Shown: positions 43,301 to 52,305 of the stretch, in pieces
How positions within the stretch are numbered: position 1 is the first letter of the stretch
How the letters are laid out: every line of letters begins with the position of its first letter
Virus record (IMG/VR): IMGVR_UViG_3300042139_000023
Length of the DNA stretch: 64,000 bases
Strand: one strand, 5' to 3'
Origin: a virus
Taxonomy: Duplodnaviria > Caudoviricetes
The notes under the pieces: generated by a model
What the model saw: only the letters and a program-made list of their open reading frames with translations
The model's database searches: none
Told to the model about the DNA's origin: nothing
Program-made: the position numbers and the translations under genes

Positions 43301-45597
43301 GCGGAGATGGCCGTCTGGCCAGCGAACACCCGGGAGGAGTTTGCGATCTGCGTCTGGGTGAGCGCCAGGTTCCGGTTGACGTTCGAGACGTTGGCCATGG
43401 CCAGGGCGGAGGCGGTCGCCTGGGCGCTGAGCTGGCGCATCGAGGTCTGCGTGGCGAGCGTAGAGGCGAACAGGGCGTCCTGGCCTCGCACCGCGTTGGC
43501 GCTGGCCGTGCTCATCGCGTTCAGCCCGGTCGCCGACTGGGCCGCCGCCAGCGAGTAGCCCCGGATCGTCGTCGAGGACGCGGCGAGCGCCGTCGACAGA
43601 GCCTCCGTGCTGACCGTGAGCTGACGCTGCGAGTTGGCCGCCGCAGCCTGCGCGGCCGTCGTGCCCTGGAAGCCGTTGCGGTAGATGTCGAGCGCGACAC
43701 GAGCGCTCAGCGTGCTGACCTTCAGGCGCTCCTGGAGTTCGCGGGCCGCGATCAGAGACTGGATTGTCTTCGACAGGGCCACCTGGTAGAGCGCCCACCC
43801 GGCGGCAGCCGTGACCGCCAGGGCGCCGAGCGTACCGATGATGGGCACGACCGGACCGAGGTGGGCGAAGAAGCCGATGACATCGGCCAGGTGCCCGGCG
43901 ATCGAGCCGATGGCCGAGGCCAGGGGGCCGCCGAGGGTGGCCAGCAGGGTACCGAAGGCGTCGGAGAGGTTCTGGAGTTCGGCCGCCGTGGTCTCGTAGA
44001 TACCCTTCGACTGCCGGTTCAGCTCGGTGCCCTTGGCGAACTCCTGGTTGGCCCGGTCGAAGGACTCGCTGACGATATCGGCGTTGTTGGCCAGGCGGGA
44101 GAACACGTCGATGTCTCGGACCGCGTTGACACCCAGTTCACGGAGCACGCCCTGGACGTCACCACCGGCTCCTGCCGCCCGACTGAGTCCCTGGATGAAG
44201 GCCAGCAGGAAGTCGCCGCGCGTCGCCGGGTTGTTGTAGAGCTTCGAGACCTCGGCGTCGGTCATCCCCATGACCTTGGCCAGCTTGCTCAGCTCCGTAC
44301 CGCCGTCGGAGACGGCCGTGGACAGCTCGTTGAACACGCGGGTCAGGGCACCACGTGACAGCTCGGGCCGGACCTGGAGGGTGGCCAGGGCTGCGGAGAG
44401 ACCGGCCGTCTGCTGGGCGGTGAGGCCGAACAGGTTCGATACGGTGGCGATCGAGGCGTTGACGCGCAGGATCTCCTGGTCGGTTGCGGCCGACGCGGTA
44501 CCGAGGGCGAGGATCGCAGAGCCGAGCTGGTCGATCTCGGAGATCGGCACGTCCTGCATCTGTGCGATGCGGCCGAGAAGCAGCGTCGCCTCATCGGCCG
44601 CCACGCCCGTGGTCAGCGAGAACTTCACGATGGTGTCGGTGAAGTCGCCGAGGTTCTGTTCGGAGATACCGATGGCCGCACCGAGCTGACCGATACGGGC
44701 CACTTCCTCGAAGGAGATCGGCGCCTGCTGGGCGATCTCCTGGAACCTTGCGAGCAGGCCGACCGAGGCAGCCTCGGCCTCGCCCACGACTCGGGCCACC
44801 TGGGCGAACGCCTGCTCCTGAGAGATGGCCGCCCCGGCGAGTGCCGTGGGCACCTTCGACAACACGTTGAACAGCGACTGGAAGGAGCTTTCCAGCTCAC
44901 CAACGGTGTTACGCAGGGCGAACGTGGAGCCCGAGTAGGAGACGGTCGACTGGTGGGCGCTCTGCGTCGCCTGAGCAGTACGGGCTCGGGCGGCGGCCAG
45001 GGCCTGCTCCTGCTGGGCAATGCGCTGGGCCGACTGCGCCAGCTTCTCCCGCTGGATCGCCAGCTTCTGCTCTTCGAGCGCGAGTCGCTGGGAAGTCTCG
45101 GCCGCCTTCCGCTTGGCCTGCTCCTCCTTCTGCTGCGCGGCGATGGCGTTCTGGGTGATCGACGACATCGACTTCTGCGCGTTGGCCAGCGTGCTGATGA
45201 CCGAGGCCAGCTTCTGGTACAGCGTGACCGTGCGATTCAGGCGCTGGTACTCCTTCTCGCTCAGACCCTGAACAGAGGCCAGGGCGGAGCGGAGCTGCTG
45301 GAATGCCTGCGTCATCAGCTTGGCGCCGTTGGCGCTGTTCGCTTCGTTCTTCTGGAGAGCCTGAACTGCGGAGGCGTAGTTCTTGGTGGCCGACGTGATC
45401 TGGTTGTAGACGGTCAGCGAGGTGCGGAGCTTGGCGGCAAGGCCGCTCTCCACGAGAGCGACCTTGCTCAGGACGGAGTTCAGGTTGGAGAAGACCTTCT
45501 CCATCTGGCCGCCGGACTTCGTGACGGCCTGAGCGCCCTGGGCGAAAGAACGGATGTCCAGGTTGATGCGAGCTGTTGCATCGAAGCCCGTTGCCAC
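40378..45597 (-). CDS. Tape measure protein
   Basis: 1739 aa Ala-rich helical protein; TP901-type core (ARIGQLGAAIGI...FTDTIVKFS); C-terminal GGWINGPGGPKSDVIPAMLSNGEFVVNA. Confidence 0.95.
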   Translation of the reverse strand: MATGFDATARINLDIRSFAQGAQAVTKSGGQMEKVFSNLNSVLSKVALVESGLAAKLRTSLTVYNQITSATKNYASAVQALQKNEANSANGAKLMTQAFQQLRSALASVQGLSEKEYQRLNRTVTLYQKLASVISTLANAQKSMSSITQNAIAAQQKEEQAKRKAAETSQRLALEEQKLAIQREKLAQSAQRIAQQEQALAAARARTAQATQSAHQSTVSYSGSTFALRNTVGELESSFQSLFNVLSKVPTALAGAAISQEQAFAQVARVVGEAEAASVGLLARFQEIAQQAPISFEEVARIGQLGAAIGISEQNLGDFTDTIVKFSLTTGVAADEATLLLGRIAQMQDVPISEIDQLGSAILALGTASAATDQEILRVNASIATVSNLFGLTAQQTAGLSAALATLQVRPELSRGALTRVFNELSTAVSDGGTELSKLAKVMGMTDAEVSKLYNNPATRGDFLLAFIQGLSRAAGAGGDVQGVLRELGVNAVRDIDVFSRLANNADIVSESFDRANQEFAKGTELNRQSKGIYETTAAELQNLSDAFGTLLATLGGPLASAIGSIAGHLADVIGFFAHLGPVVPIIGTLGALAVTAAAGWALYQVALSKTIQSLIAARELQERLKVSTLSARVALDIYRNGFQGTTAAQAAAANSQRQLTVSTEALSTALAASSTTIRGYSLAAAQSATGLNAMSTASANAVRGQDALFASTLATQTSMRQLSAQATASALAMANVSNVNRNLALTQTQIANSSRVFAGQTAISATAVAGLNTATARAVPTTNLMSASMRNAAAAGAQMGAGMGTAAASSTVAAGAFTRATTGITASGLAARAAAFAFGPWGIAIATAGILLGPLIGKMFDFRSESEKIADAAFEASGGTQALANAIKADTDAAVLAAGGVRQYNAAIKDGSKSALESIGVYRTITTTKGDLADADVRSAEAARTEAKERLRAIEATKGSKEALEEQAKGHGTGAQAAQRYLREIAKEEGVINKTTEALGQNTAAIGENTKQWLLDTAQAAVETSKLADGSDLSRRSLEQLGEAGVNVGSLLELSLSDPDKALRQLDAAIKEVGKTADNYAPSGSGKLGEQINNEAAAAIRLKNFLEALRTTISAEDSASTKLSITKGLLADALDETGTSASSASGKIKLTKSALEDLDTTGEEAQQAIDQLAQTFEKFGTPLDAFKSAAESAFGKAEDAIDKFSLKTKGGLDAYIKELEKIAKAQRDWSANLIKISATLGPEVAEQFRKMGPEAAPAVAELADLSAKELEKLGPRLAEIGGDATSNLAAAIIQNSGKIENATLQTRTIIADVFGNLIDKAKTSEDFADVSNQYAKLVTQLSQVKGVKIDISADDAKAFKSLSDLSLYIDLVGKKKVKPEVAIDIIKAQGDIAKLQELLKNANLNKEGKATLNTLIFQSQLTQLTTFVDGLEAEGKLDAKGKGKLSDAEYRAKVLAMTEFLASTEGQGLLNPKGKAQLNDKEYRAQMTALAQLILGKEAAGEFDVNGDGKLDDDEFKALLEALKRAVADANKGKLNPKGTVTLAGVGTFNRQLGGIVQAAYTAGGRITNALTRSATVSVGYYYYQKNSPPKSYAAANGGWINGPGGPKSDVIPAMLSNGEFVVNAASAKRFGALLEVINRHGGRGFSGVAKRLLDSGVTGGSKQVRARQGGAGTTMLGGSSAVQQVPPESVSVFTARLAAPSQGPTNVFNINNQYPQAEPTSTTINRSLAYAATISGV

Positions 45598-45610
45598 CTA
45601 GACCTCCGCT

Positions 45611-46040
45611 TCAGTCGCCGTCCGGCATGTCGTGCTGGTAGGAGTGCGCCCGGGAAGGGAGCGGAGTGCCCGCGCCCCATACGTTACGTGCAGACACGTA
45701 CCGGGTCTCTCCCTTCTGGCGGATCTTCCCGCGCCGCTTCTCGCTGTCCTCGCGATCCTTCTCGATCTCCGCGCAGCCGTAGCAGACAGCGCCCTTCAGA
45801 TCGAAGACGATCTCGTTGTTCGTCGACATGCCGATCCAGGCAGGAGTGCCGCACTGCTTGCACGTCTCCTCCTCCAGGATCGTCAGCGCCATGGCCAGCT
45901 TGCGGTTGCGCTCATCAGCCCAGTCAGAGGGCTGCCCCGTCAGCATTGTCAGCGGGGGCACGGACCACGACCTCGCCGTTTTCAACAGAGGTCGCACCCA
46001 TGCCGATTTCTTCCAGGTGAGAGCTTCGGCCAAGAAACCC
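45611..46040 (-). CDS. Tail assembly chaperone, C-terminal (frameshift) part
   Basis: LLKTARSW..P..ML.G...W...NRKLAMAL...EEETCKQCG; overlaps the upstream chaperone in the +1 frame. Confidence 0.75.
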
Positions 46041-46724
46041 GGCATCGAGCTTGTCGGCCCAGTCACGCGAAGCCGACAGTCCGGTCCCCACGGACTCCAT
46101 CAGGCGCATGGTCTCCGAGGAGATGAGCTTCTTCAGGAGGAGGTCGGCGCCGTTCTGCGTCGGCGGCGGAACCTTCCGGCCGTCGGGCAGCTCGACCTCG
46201 ATGCAGAAGTGGGAGATCTGCGCGGTCAAGGTGTAGCGGCTGCGGGCGGTGATGTAGTCGAGGTCGTTCTCGCTCGCGTCCTTGTAGTGCGGGTTCTCCT
46301 TGTGGAACTTGCGGGTCGCCTCGCGGGTGACCGTGCCCAGCTCCTCGGGCGTCTTGACCTGGAAGACGAGCGTGATGCCCGACTTCACGATCTTCTCCTT
46401 CAGTTCCTCGACCCGAGCGGAGAGCTTGTCGATCTCCTCTTCCAGCTCGGTGCGCTGCTCCTGGAGGCTGTCGAGCACCGAGTCCACGAACGAGTTCGCG
46501 GAGGTCTCCGTGCGCTTGCGGATGTCCTTCTCGACGCTCTCCAGCCTGCCGACCAGGTCGTCCAGCTCTTCGAGCACCGCGCCGAGTTCGGCTCCGCTCT
46601 TCTGGTCCAGGAAGGCCGTGTGCTTGAACACGGGGAACGTGGAGTTCCCCTCCAGGTAGTCCTCGAAGCTGAAGTTGTCGGGGCCGGGCTCCGGGTTGCC
46701 CGGCTCCGCAATGTCCTGCGCCAT
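45924..46724 (-). CDS. Tail assembly chaperone
   Basis: Between major tail and tape measure genes; coiled-coil N-terminal half. Confidence 0.8.
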   Translation of the reverse strand: MAQDIAEPGNPEPGPDNFSFEDYLEGNSTFPVFKHTAFLDQKSGAELGAVLEELDDLVGRLESVEKDIRKRTETSANSFVDSVLDSLQEQRTELEEEIDKLSARVEELKEKIVKSGITLVFQVKTPEELGTVTREATRKFHKENPHYKDASENDLDYITARSRYTLTAQISHFCIEVELPDGRKVPPPTQNGADLLLKKLISSETMRLMESVGTGLSASRDWADKLDAGFLGRSSHLEEIGMGATSVENGEVVVRAPADNADGAAL

Positions 46725-46750
46725 GTCCGTTCCTTCGGTCGTACGGGTTG

Positions 46751-47317
46751 TCAGCTCGCGGTGCTGCCGACCTGCACGAGGCCGTCCGAGGACTGGCCCT
46801 GTGCGTACATGGTCGGCTGAAGCTGAAGGGGGGCGGTCGCGTCGTTGATGACGTTGGGATCGCCGGAGAGGAACTTGAAGACCGTGACCCAGTCGTCGTC
46901 CACCGCGTTCGGGTCACGAACGGGGTGCTTCGAGATCCGCTGGACCAGGAACCCCGAGCGCAGGGGCTTCTTGAACAGGCGCATCACGTCGTTGTAGATC
47001 GACGGGTCGAGCTTGTTCGGGTCGCGGTCCAGGAAGACGTTGAGCTGGCCTTCGTAGTTTTTCGCGGTCGGGGTCGCCACGTTCGAGTCGTCGCAGAGGC
47101 CACGCGTGTCGTCCGTGTCGCGGTCCGTCCAGCCGAGCGTGATGTCGGTGGTCAGTGCGCACGAGATGTTCAGACCCGCGTTGATCTCTGCGGCGGTCGG
47201 GTGGTCGATGTCCGCGAAACCCTCGCCGTACGTGCCCTCGTACCCCTCGGACGTCTGGTCCGATTCGTCGACCCACCAGATGGTGAGCGACGGGGGGAGG
47301 CTCTTCACTGCTGCCAT
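46751..47317 (-). CDS. Major tail (tube) protein
   Basis: PTAAEINAG.NISCAL, DDTRGLCD, G.LVQR, V.VFKF pattern of actinophage tail tube proteins. Confidence 0.88.
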   Translation of the reverse strand: MAAVKSLPPSLTIWWVDESDQTSEGYEGTYGEGFADIDHPTAAEINAGLNISCALTTDITLGWTDRDTDDTRGLCDDSNVATPTAKNYEGQLNVFLDRDPNKLDPSIYNDVMRLFKKPLRSGFLVQRISKHPVRDPNAVDDDWVTVFKFLSGDPNVINDATAPLQLQPTMYAQGQSSDGLVQVGSTAS

Positions 47318-47409
47318 TCGTACCTCCGGCCGGAAGGCATGATCGTGCCTGACCGGAGTCTAACCGCGAAAGCCCCTGCCTGGGACGTCGGGCGCCCGAA
47401 GCGAATTCT

Positions 47410-47895
47410 TCACGAACCCGTTCCGGTGTGCTGACCGACATTCACGATGCCCTGGAACCCGATCGCCAGGTAGAAACGCAGCGTGTCGCCGACACCAACC
47501 GGGTACGGATCGCGGACTGTTCCCGATCCCGCTTCGCTGATCTCGCCCTGCTCGGCAGGCGTGTATCCGACCAGGAGATCCCGGCATGCCTGAGCAAGCT
47601 GGAGAAGCGAAAGGCCGGAAGGCGCAACGGATTCGACGATGAACCCCGCCTTCTTCGTGACACCCTTGTCCTCTCCGGAAACACCGCAGAGATCTGCCAC
47701 AGACAGACGGCCGCCGAATCCGGAGATGTCGAATGCCTGGCCGAACCAGAGGATGACGCTCGGCTTGTAGAAGCCCGACGGGTCCTTGATGATGTCGGTG
47801 TTCTCGGGCACGCCTTCCAGAAAAACGGGCGTGTTGGGCAGGCCCGTGTCCAGGCGCTGGTAGATGTCGAGCTGCCAGTCCAGCAGGGAAGTCAT
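47410..47895 (-). CDS. Tail terminator / neck protein
   Basis: Position upstream of the major tail gene; ATG 47895 coupled to the upstream stop. Confidence 0.65.
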   Translation of the reverse strand: MTSLLDWQLDIYQRLDTGLPNTPVFLEGVPENTDIIKDPSGFYKPSVILWFGQAFDISGFGGRLSVADLCGVSGEDKGVTKKAGFIVESVAPSGLSLLQLAQACRDLLVGYTPAEQGEISEAGSGTVRDPYPVGVGDTLRFYLAIGFQGIVNVGQHTGTGS

Positions 47896-48308
47896 CAACG
47901 CCCCCCGATCCGGGCCTGGAGTTCGGCGGTCACCTGGTTGAAGGCGTCGAGCACGGCCATCATCGGAGTGATCCCGGTACGCGTACCGAACTCCTGGAAC
48001 GGGGCGTAGTACGGGTTCATCGACTCCCACCCGAAGGAGATCTTCAGGATGTCCGTGCCGAAGTCGCCCGTGCCGGTGACCGAGGACTTCATCCGGCCGG
48101 TGTCCACGCGGGACTTCGCCCTCACCAGACCCTCGCCCCGGCGCCGGGCGTTCGACATGTCGAGCACGAGGCGCTGACGGGACTTGTTCAGGTGGTCGAC
48201 GACGAAGGCGGAGAGGCCGATGTCGAAGGCGCCGTTCGGCGTGCCGCTCCCGTAGTACCGCTGGGCGCCGCCGAACCGGTAGTTGTACTTGATCCCGATC
48301 TGGGCCAT
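47895..48308 (-). CDS. HK97 gp10-like neck protein
   Basis: RVDTGRMKSS and YAPFQEFGT motifs. Confidence 0.8.
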   Translation of the reverse strand: MAQIGIKYNYRFGGAQRYYGSGTPNGAFDIGLSAFVVDHLNKSRQRLVLDMSNARRRGEGLVRAKSRVDTGRMKSSVTGTGDFGTDILKISFGWESMNPYYAPFQEFGTRTGITPMMAVLDAFNQVTAELQARIGGR

Positions 48309-49138
48309 TACAGGGCCTCCCTCACCTCGTCGACCGGCAGGTTCTCATCCAGGTCGATGACCTCATGGTCCTTCATCAGGCCCGCCATCGCATTCATCTC
48401 CTCCGAGGTCATCGAGAGGATCTTCTCCGACCGGCGCTCGATCGAGCCCGAGAGTTTCCGGCCGGTCCGGTTGTACCCGTAGAACCCGGCATGGAAGGCC
48501 CGGGGCCGCTCCGGGTACACCGTCACGCCGCTCTGGCGCTCCCGGATCCGGTTGAACAGGCCGTCCTGCTCCGCATGCCCCGGCGGGATGAGGCTCCCGG
48601 GGAAAGTCCGGCGGCAGTACCCGACCATGTCGCCGTAGTAAACGGGCTTGTTGTGCTCGACCGCCTGACGGGCAACGTTGGGCCGGAAGGAAACGCCCAG
48701 CGACTGATAGGAGGGGTGCCGGTATGCCGCAGCCGGAGGCTCCCCGACCAGGTTCTGGTTCCGGCAGGCGCTGACCGAGAAGGCGTCAGGAGCAGCCTCG
48801 TGGGCGGCTTCGTGGTAGGCGAAGTAGCCGAGCGAGACCATGATGTCGTCCTCGACCACGTGAATCAGATCCGCAGGAATGACCAGGGAGTCCTTCAGGC
48901 CCGACAGGATGTTGTAGGAATTCCCGTGAAACTGGTGATGGTGCATCACCCGCAGGAATATCTCGGAGAAGGAGCTGGAGAACGACTCGGCCACCTGACG
49001 GCATTCGAGTGTCCCCTTGCGGTCGAGAGTGACCACCACACGCACGTCATATCCGGCTGCCGCCTTGGCCAGCCGGGTGAGACAGGCGTGCAGCATGTCG
49101 GGCCTGCGCCACGCTGGAACCAGAACCGTGTGCTTCAC
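48308..49138 (-). CDS. GT-A fold glycosyltransferase
   Basis: VLVPAWRRPDMLHACL, HVVEDDI motifs. Confidence 0.85.
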   Translation of the reverse strand: MKHTVLVPAWRRPDMLHACLTRLAKAAAGYDVRVVVTLDRKGTLECRQVAESFSSSFSEIFLRVMHHHQFHGNSYNILSGLKDSLVIPADLIHVVEDDIMVSLGYFAYHEAAHEAAPDAFSVSACRNQNLVGEPPAAAYRHPSYQSLGVSFRPNVARQAVEHNKPVYYGDMVGYCRRTFPGSLIPPGHAEQDGLFNRIRERQSGVTVYPERPRAFHAGFYGYNRTGRKLSGSIERRSEKILSMTSEEMNAMAGLMKDHEVIDLDENLPVDEVREAL

Positions 49139-50049
49139 CGCTCCACCAGCCTCAGTGCGACTTCCTTGAATTCTGCATTGCGCTTCAAGAAGCGGGCGCG
49201 GGCCGCCTTGCCGATCTGTTCACGGCGCTCCGGAGTGAGGGCGGCAGCCCGGCGCACCGCCTCGGCGATGAGCGTCGGGGAGGTGTACGTGAGAATCGCC
49301 TGGTGATGGTTGCGCGTACTGGTCACCCCGACCAGGTAGCCCCACTCCGGCCGGATGTGCTCGTTCATCGGCGAGGCGTCCGTCGTCACCACGATGGCCC
49401 CCACCGACATGGCCTCGGTGATGTAGTGGCCCCACCCCTCCGCGATGGAGGGGCAGACGTGGATCTCCGCCTCGTTCATCAGGCGGTTGCGTTCCTCGTC
49501 CGAGGGTGAGAGGACGACCGTGATGCGGTCTTCCAGCCCGGCCGGGATGTGCACCTCGTCCTTCGAGATGATCGTGAGCGGAGGCAGCGTGGAGTCCTTC
49601 TGCCAGGCGCCGATGACCTGCTCGGTGCCCTTCATGCCCGACCGGCCGCGCAGGTGCATGCACTTCAGCTCGCGCTTCACGTCCGGATCGTAGAGATCTG
49701 TCCCCAGAAAGCCGGTGAGCTGCACGTTTTTACCGCCTCGATTGCGGCAGAAGCGCAGTGCGTAGTGACTTTTCGCCCAGATCTGGTCGAATGCCGGAAG
49801 GTACTTCATCCACTCTCGCGGATACCATTCCAGATTCAGAATGGCGATGTTCTTGTCGGCAAACTGAGCGAGGTTCCGGCTGACCAGTTCCAGGTGAAAG
49901 GCGACGTCCGTCCGGGGCATCTCCTTCGCCTGCCAGTCGTGGAATTCGACCTCGTGTCCAGCCGATTCGAAAAGTTCGGTGAGCAGCGCGGTGTCCAGCG
50001 ACAGGCCCACGCCATTGTCCCGGCTGAGCAGCGCAATCTTCAGGCCCAC
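49135..50049 (-). CDS. GT-B fold (GT4-like) glycosyltransferase
   Basis: GHEV, HVCPSIAEGWGHYITEAMSVGAIVVTTDASPMNE motif. Confidence 0.88.
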   Translation of the reverse strand: MGLKIALLSRDNGVGLSLDTALLTELFESAGHEVEFHDWQAKEMPRTDVAFHLELVSRNLAQFADKNIAILNLEWYPREWMKYLPAFDQIWAKSHYALRFCRNRGGKNVQLTGFLGTDLYDPDVKRELKCMHLRGRSGMKGTEQVIGAWQKDSTLPPLTIISKDEVHIPAGLEDRITVVLSPSDEERNRLMNEAEIHVCPSIAEGWGHYITEAMSVGAIVVTTDASPMNEHIRPEWGYLVGVTSTRNHHQAILTYTSPTLIAEAVRRAAALTPERREQIGKAARARFLKRNAEFKEVALRLVER

Positions 50050-50068
50050 GTGGTTCCCTCTCCCCTGG

Positions 50069-50638
50069 TCAAGGACCCATCACGCCGTTGTTCATGGCGA
50101 CAGGCTCCATGGAGAACGGCGGCGGCAGCGTCTGCGGGTGCGCCGCGTCCACGTCACAGAGGACATTCCTCAGCCATGCGTTGGAGGACATGAGCGGGTT
50201 GCGTACGTGGAAAAGGTAATGGACCAACTCCGGATCCCCGAGGATCAGGTGACCGAGTTCCGGATCGTTCGGGTCGGGCTCAAGTGCGCGCACCAGATCG
50301 TTGGCGTGTACCGGCGGGCATGTGCGGATGGGAACCTGCACACGGATCGCATGGTCCGTACCCATGTCACCGCGCTGGGTACGCACTCGGGCACGCCAGT
50401 CCTTGTTGTTGACGATGCGGCCCGGACCCCGGTACAGCAGGATCAGTTCGGGGAACTTCTCGCCGCCCTGGCCGTCGGGAATCGTGAGGCCGCCAGAGAT
50501 CGGATCGAAGCCGTACTCACCACCCTGCGACGGCCGCCGGAAGATCTCCACCGCCGCGTTCATGTGGCCGCGAGGAACCGACCGCTGGTGCAGTTGCCAG
50601 CGGGGATCCAGGGCGCTGCGCCTGTTGAGTGAGGCCAT
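50069..50638 (-). CDS. Head-to-tail stopper
   Basis: ATG 50638; ALDPRW..H, YRGPGRI, RVQVPI, D..L..Y.F.V..P..SSN.W.R pattern; position after the adaptor. Confidence 0.65.
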   Translation of the reverse strand: MASLNRRSALDPRWQLHQRSVPRGHMNAAVEIFRRPSQGGEYGFDPISGGLTIPDGQGGEKFPELILLYRGPGRIVNNKDWRARVRTQRGDMGTDHAIRVQVPIRTCPPVHANDLVRALEPDPNDPELGHLILGDPELVHYLFHVRNPLMSSNAWLRNVLCDVDAAHPQTLPPPFSMEPVAMNNGVMGP

Positions 50639-50643
50639 GGGGC

Positions 50644-50832
50644 CTATTCTGCACGCAGACGCCCCGGAAGATCGCACTTCAGCGCGTTGAAGATGCGGCA
50701 GGCGAGGGGTGGGGTGCCGCTGGGTACCGGTCCGTTCTCAGGGATGGAGACCTCGGTCTGATCGTAGGAGATGGTGATCTTTCCACCTCCCTCGGAGACG
50801 GTGATCGGCGGCTCGTATTCCTTCTTTTCCAT
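50644..50832 (-). CDS. Small hypothetical protein
   Basis: ATG 50832 with RBS-like GCAGGGA; 62 aa. Confidence 0.4.
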   Translation of the reverse strand: MEKKEYEPPITVSEGGGKITISYDQTEVSIPENGPVPSGTPPLACRIFNALKCDLPGRLRAE

Positions 50833-50934
50833 GATCCCTGCTCTCCCAGAAGCTGGATCCATGGAAGCTACCCGCCTACGCGCCAGTAGGATCCAAGTTC
50901 AGGGAATCTTCACCCGAATCCCGGATCTCCCTTG

Positions 50935-51423
50935 TCACAGCCAGCGCGCGAGAGTAGAGCCGCCGATTCCCGCCATCCATCCCTGCGGGAAACCGTGCAG
51001 GGCGAAGGGGAAGCCGTCCTGCGGCACCGGCTGGAAGTCCACGATCATCATGATCTCGGAATCCTCGTCGGCCGCATCTGCCCGGTCTTCGAGCTGCTTC
51101 GCTCCGGCGAGCAGGGCACCGGCCAGCTTCGCGCCGTCGGTCTGGAGGTCTTCGGTACGGATGACCTTCTGGATCAGACCTTCGGAAACGGCGAGCGCCC
51201 GAAGAGCCGATGCCGCCGCCCGGTAGATCCTCGCCGACCCCTCCCCGATGGCGATTGTGTACAGCCCGCGCAGGTGGGCGTCGCTGAACATGTACTCCGC
51301 GATGCCGGAGTCCGAGTAGTCGACCTGCTCGACGTCCGGCACGAGGGCGCGGATCTGACCGATCACGGATCCGAAATCCGGCGGGTACACGTCCTGCGAA
51401 GCGGTCGTTCCTACGGCTGCCAT
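50935..51423 (-). CDS. Head-to-tail adaptor
   Basis: ATG 51423 with RBS GGAGG; GQIRALVPD, FSDA, AAASALRALA.SE.LI.KVIRTEDLQTDGAK pattern. Confidence 0.8.
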   Translation of the reverse strand: MAAVGTTASQDVYPPDFGSVIGQIRALVPDVEQVDYSDSGIAEYMFSDAHLRGLYTIAIGEGSARIYRAAASALRALAVSEGLIQKVIRTEDLQTDGAKLAGALLAGAKQLEDRADAADEDSEIMMIVDFQPVPQDGFPFALHGFPQGWMAGIGGSTLARWL

Positions 51424-51474
51424 CAGCCACCTCCCGGGTCTGTTGTCCCTGATCGTACGGGGCGCCACCTCCAT

Positions 51475-52305
51475 GGTCAGCCCGCTGTCGACAGCCTTCG
51501 AAGGTACGAAGATCCTCCCAGGATGTCCTGATTCGACGGGTGGTCCAGACGGTCAACTTGACATGCCACCAACAAGGGTAGCCCGAGTTGAGGAGTTTAT
51601 TGCCAATAAGTCCGAATTAATACCCGTCGAGGGTATGACTCCCCTGACCTGCGGTTTCATTTGGTTCGGGGACCGAATCTGACTTGGAAGTTGAGGGGTA
51701 TCCCGAATCTGCCAAGGGGTAGTCATCACTGCGTGCACATATACACAGGTCAGAGGGTGTGGCGGGCGTCGGGCGAGCAGGGGCTTCAATGTCGACATTG
51801 GACCCTGGCAGTCCGGGGGCAGGGAGGGGTATGTCGTGTCCGATTCGCACCCATTCATGGCGATTAACTTTGGCTGCCAGTCGTCCGGAAAAACGAGAGT
51901 ATCGAACCCCCGACTTATGCCCTGACCTGCGGAACCACCCACTCTTTAAGAACAGAAACATCCTCCTCTCTCCTGTCTGTACCTGTAGGCAAGGGCCCGC
52001 CATCCGGGCTGGCGCCCGGCCTGGCGGCGGGAGGACGGAGGAGTCGCTTCGCTCCAAAAAGATCTGGTGGCTGAGGCGGTCGGCAGGGTGAGGCCCGGAG
52101 GGCGGCTGGGCGGCGCTCCAGGGCGCGCGTAGGGGTCGGTGCGGCCCTGCGGCGGTCGGTGGGTGGCTGAGGCCGTCAGGCGGGCGCAGGCGGCTTCGTG
52201 GTGAAGGAGGTACGTGATGCTCACGGGCTTCAAAGGTGCTTCTCGCTAAGCCTTGCGCTCGACGGTGGAAAAGGGTGTACTGTGGTTCTCGGAAAGGAGA
52301 AGCAC
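51475..52305. other. About 830-bp non-coding, partly AT-rich divergent control region with CTGACCTG repeats
   Basis: No ORF with phage-like codon bias; CCCTGACCTGCGG at 51642-51654 and 51920-51932; inverted CAGGTCAG at 51746-51753. Confidence 0.65.

Noticed and set aside
52100-52135. Four GGG runs, possible G-quadruplex
   Set aside because: Long loops (5, 10, 8 nt) and high background GC make this unremarkable
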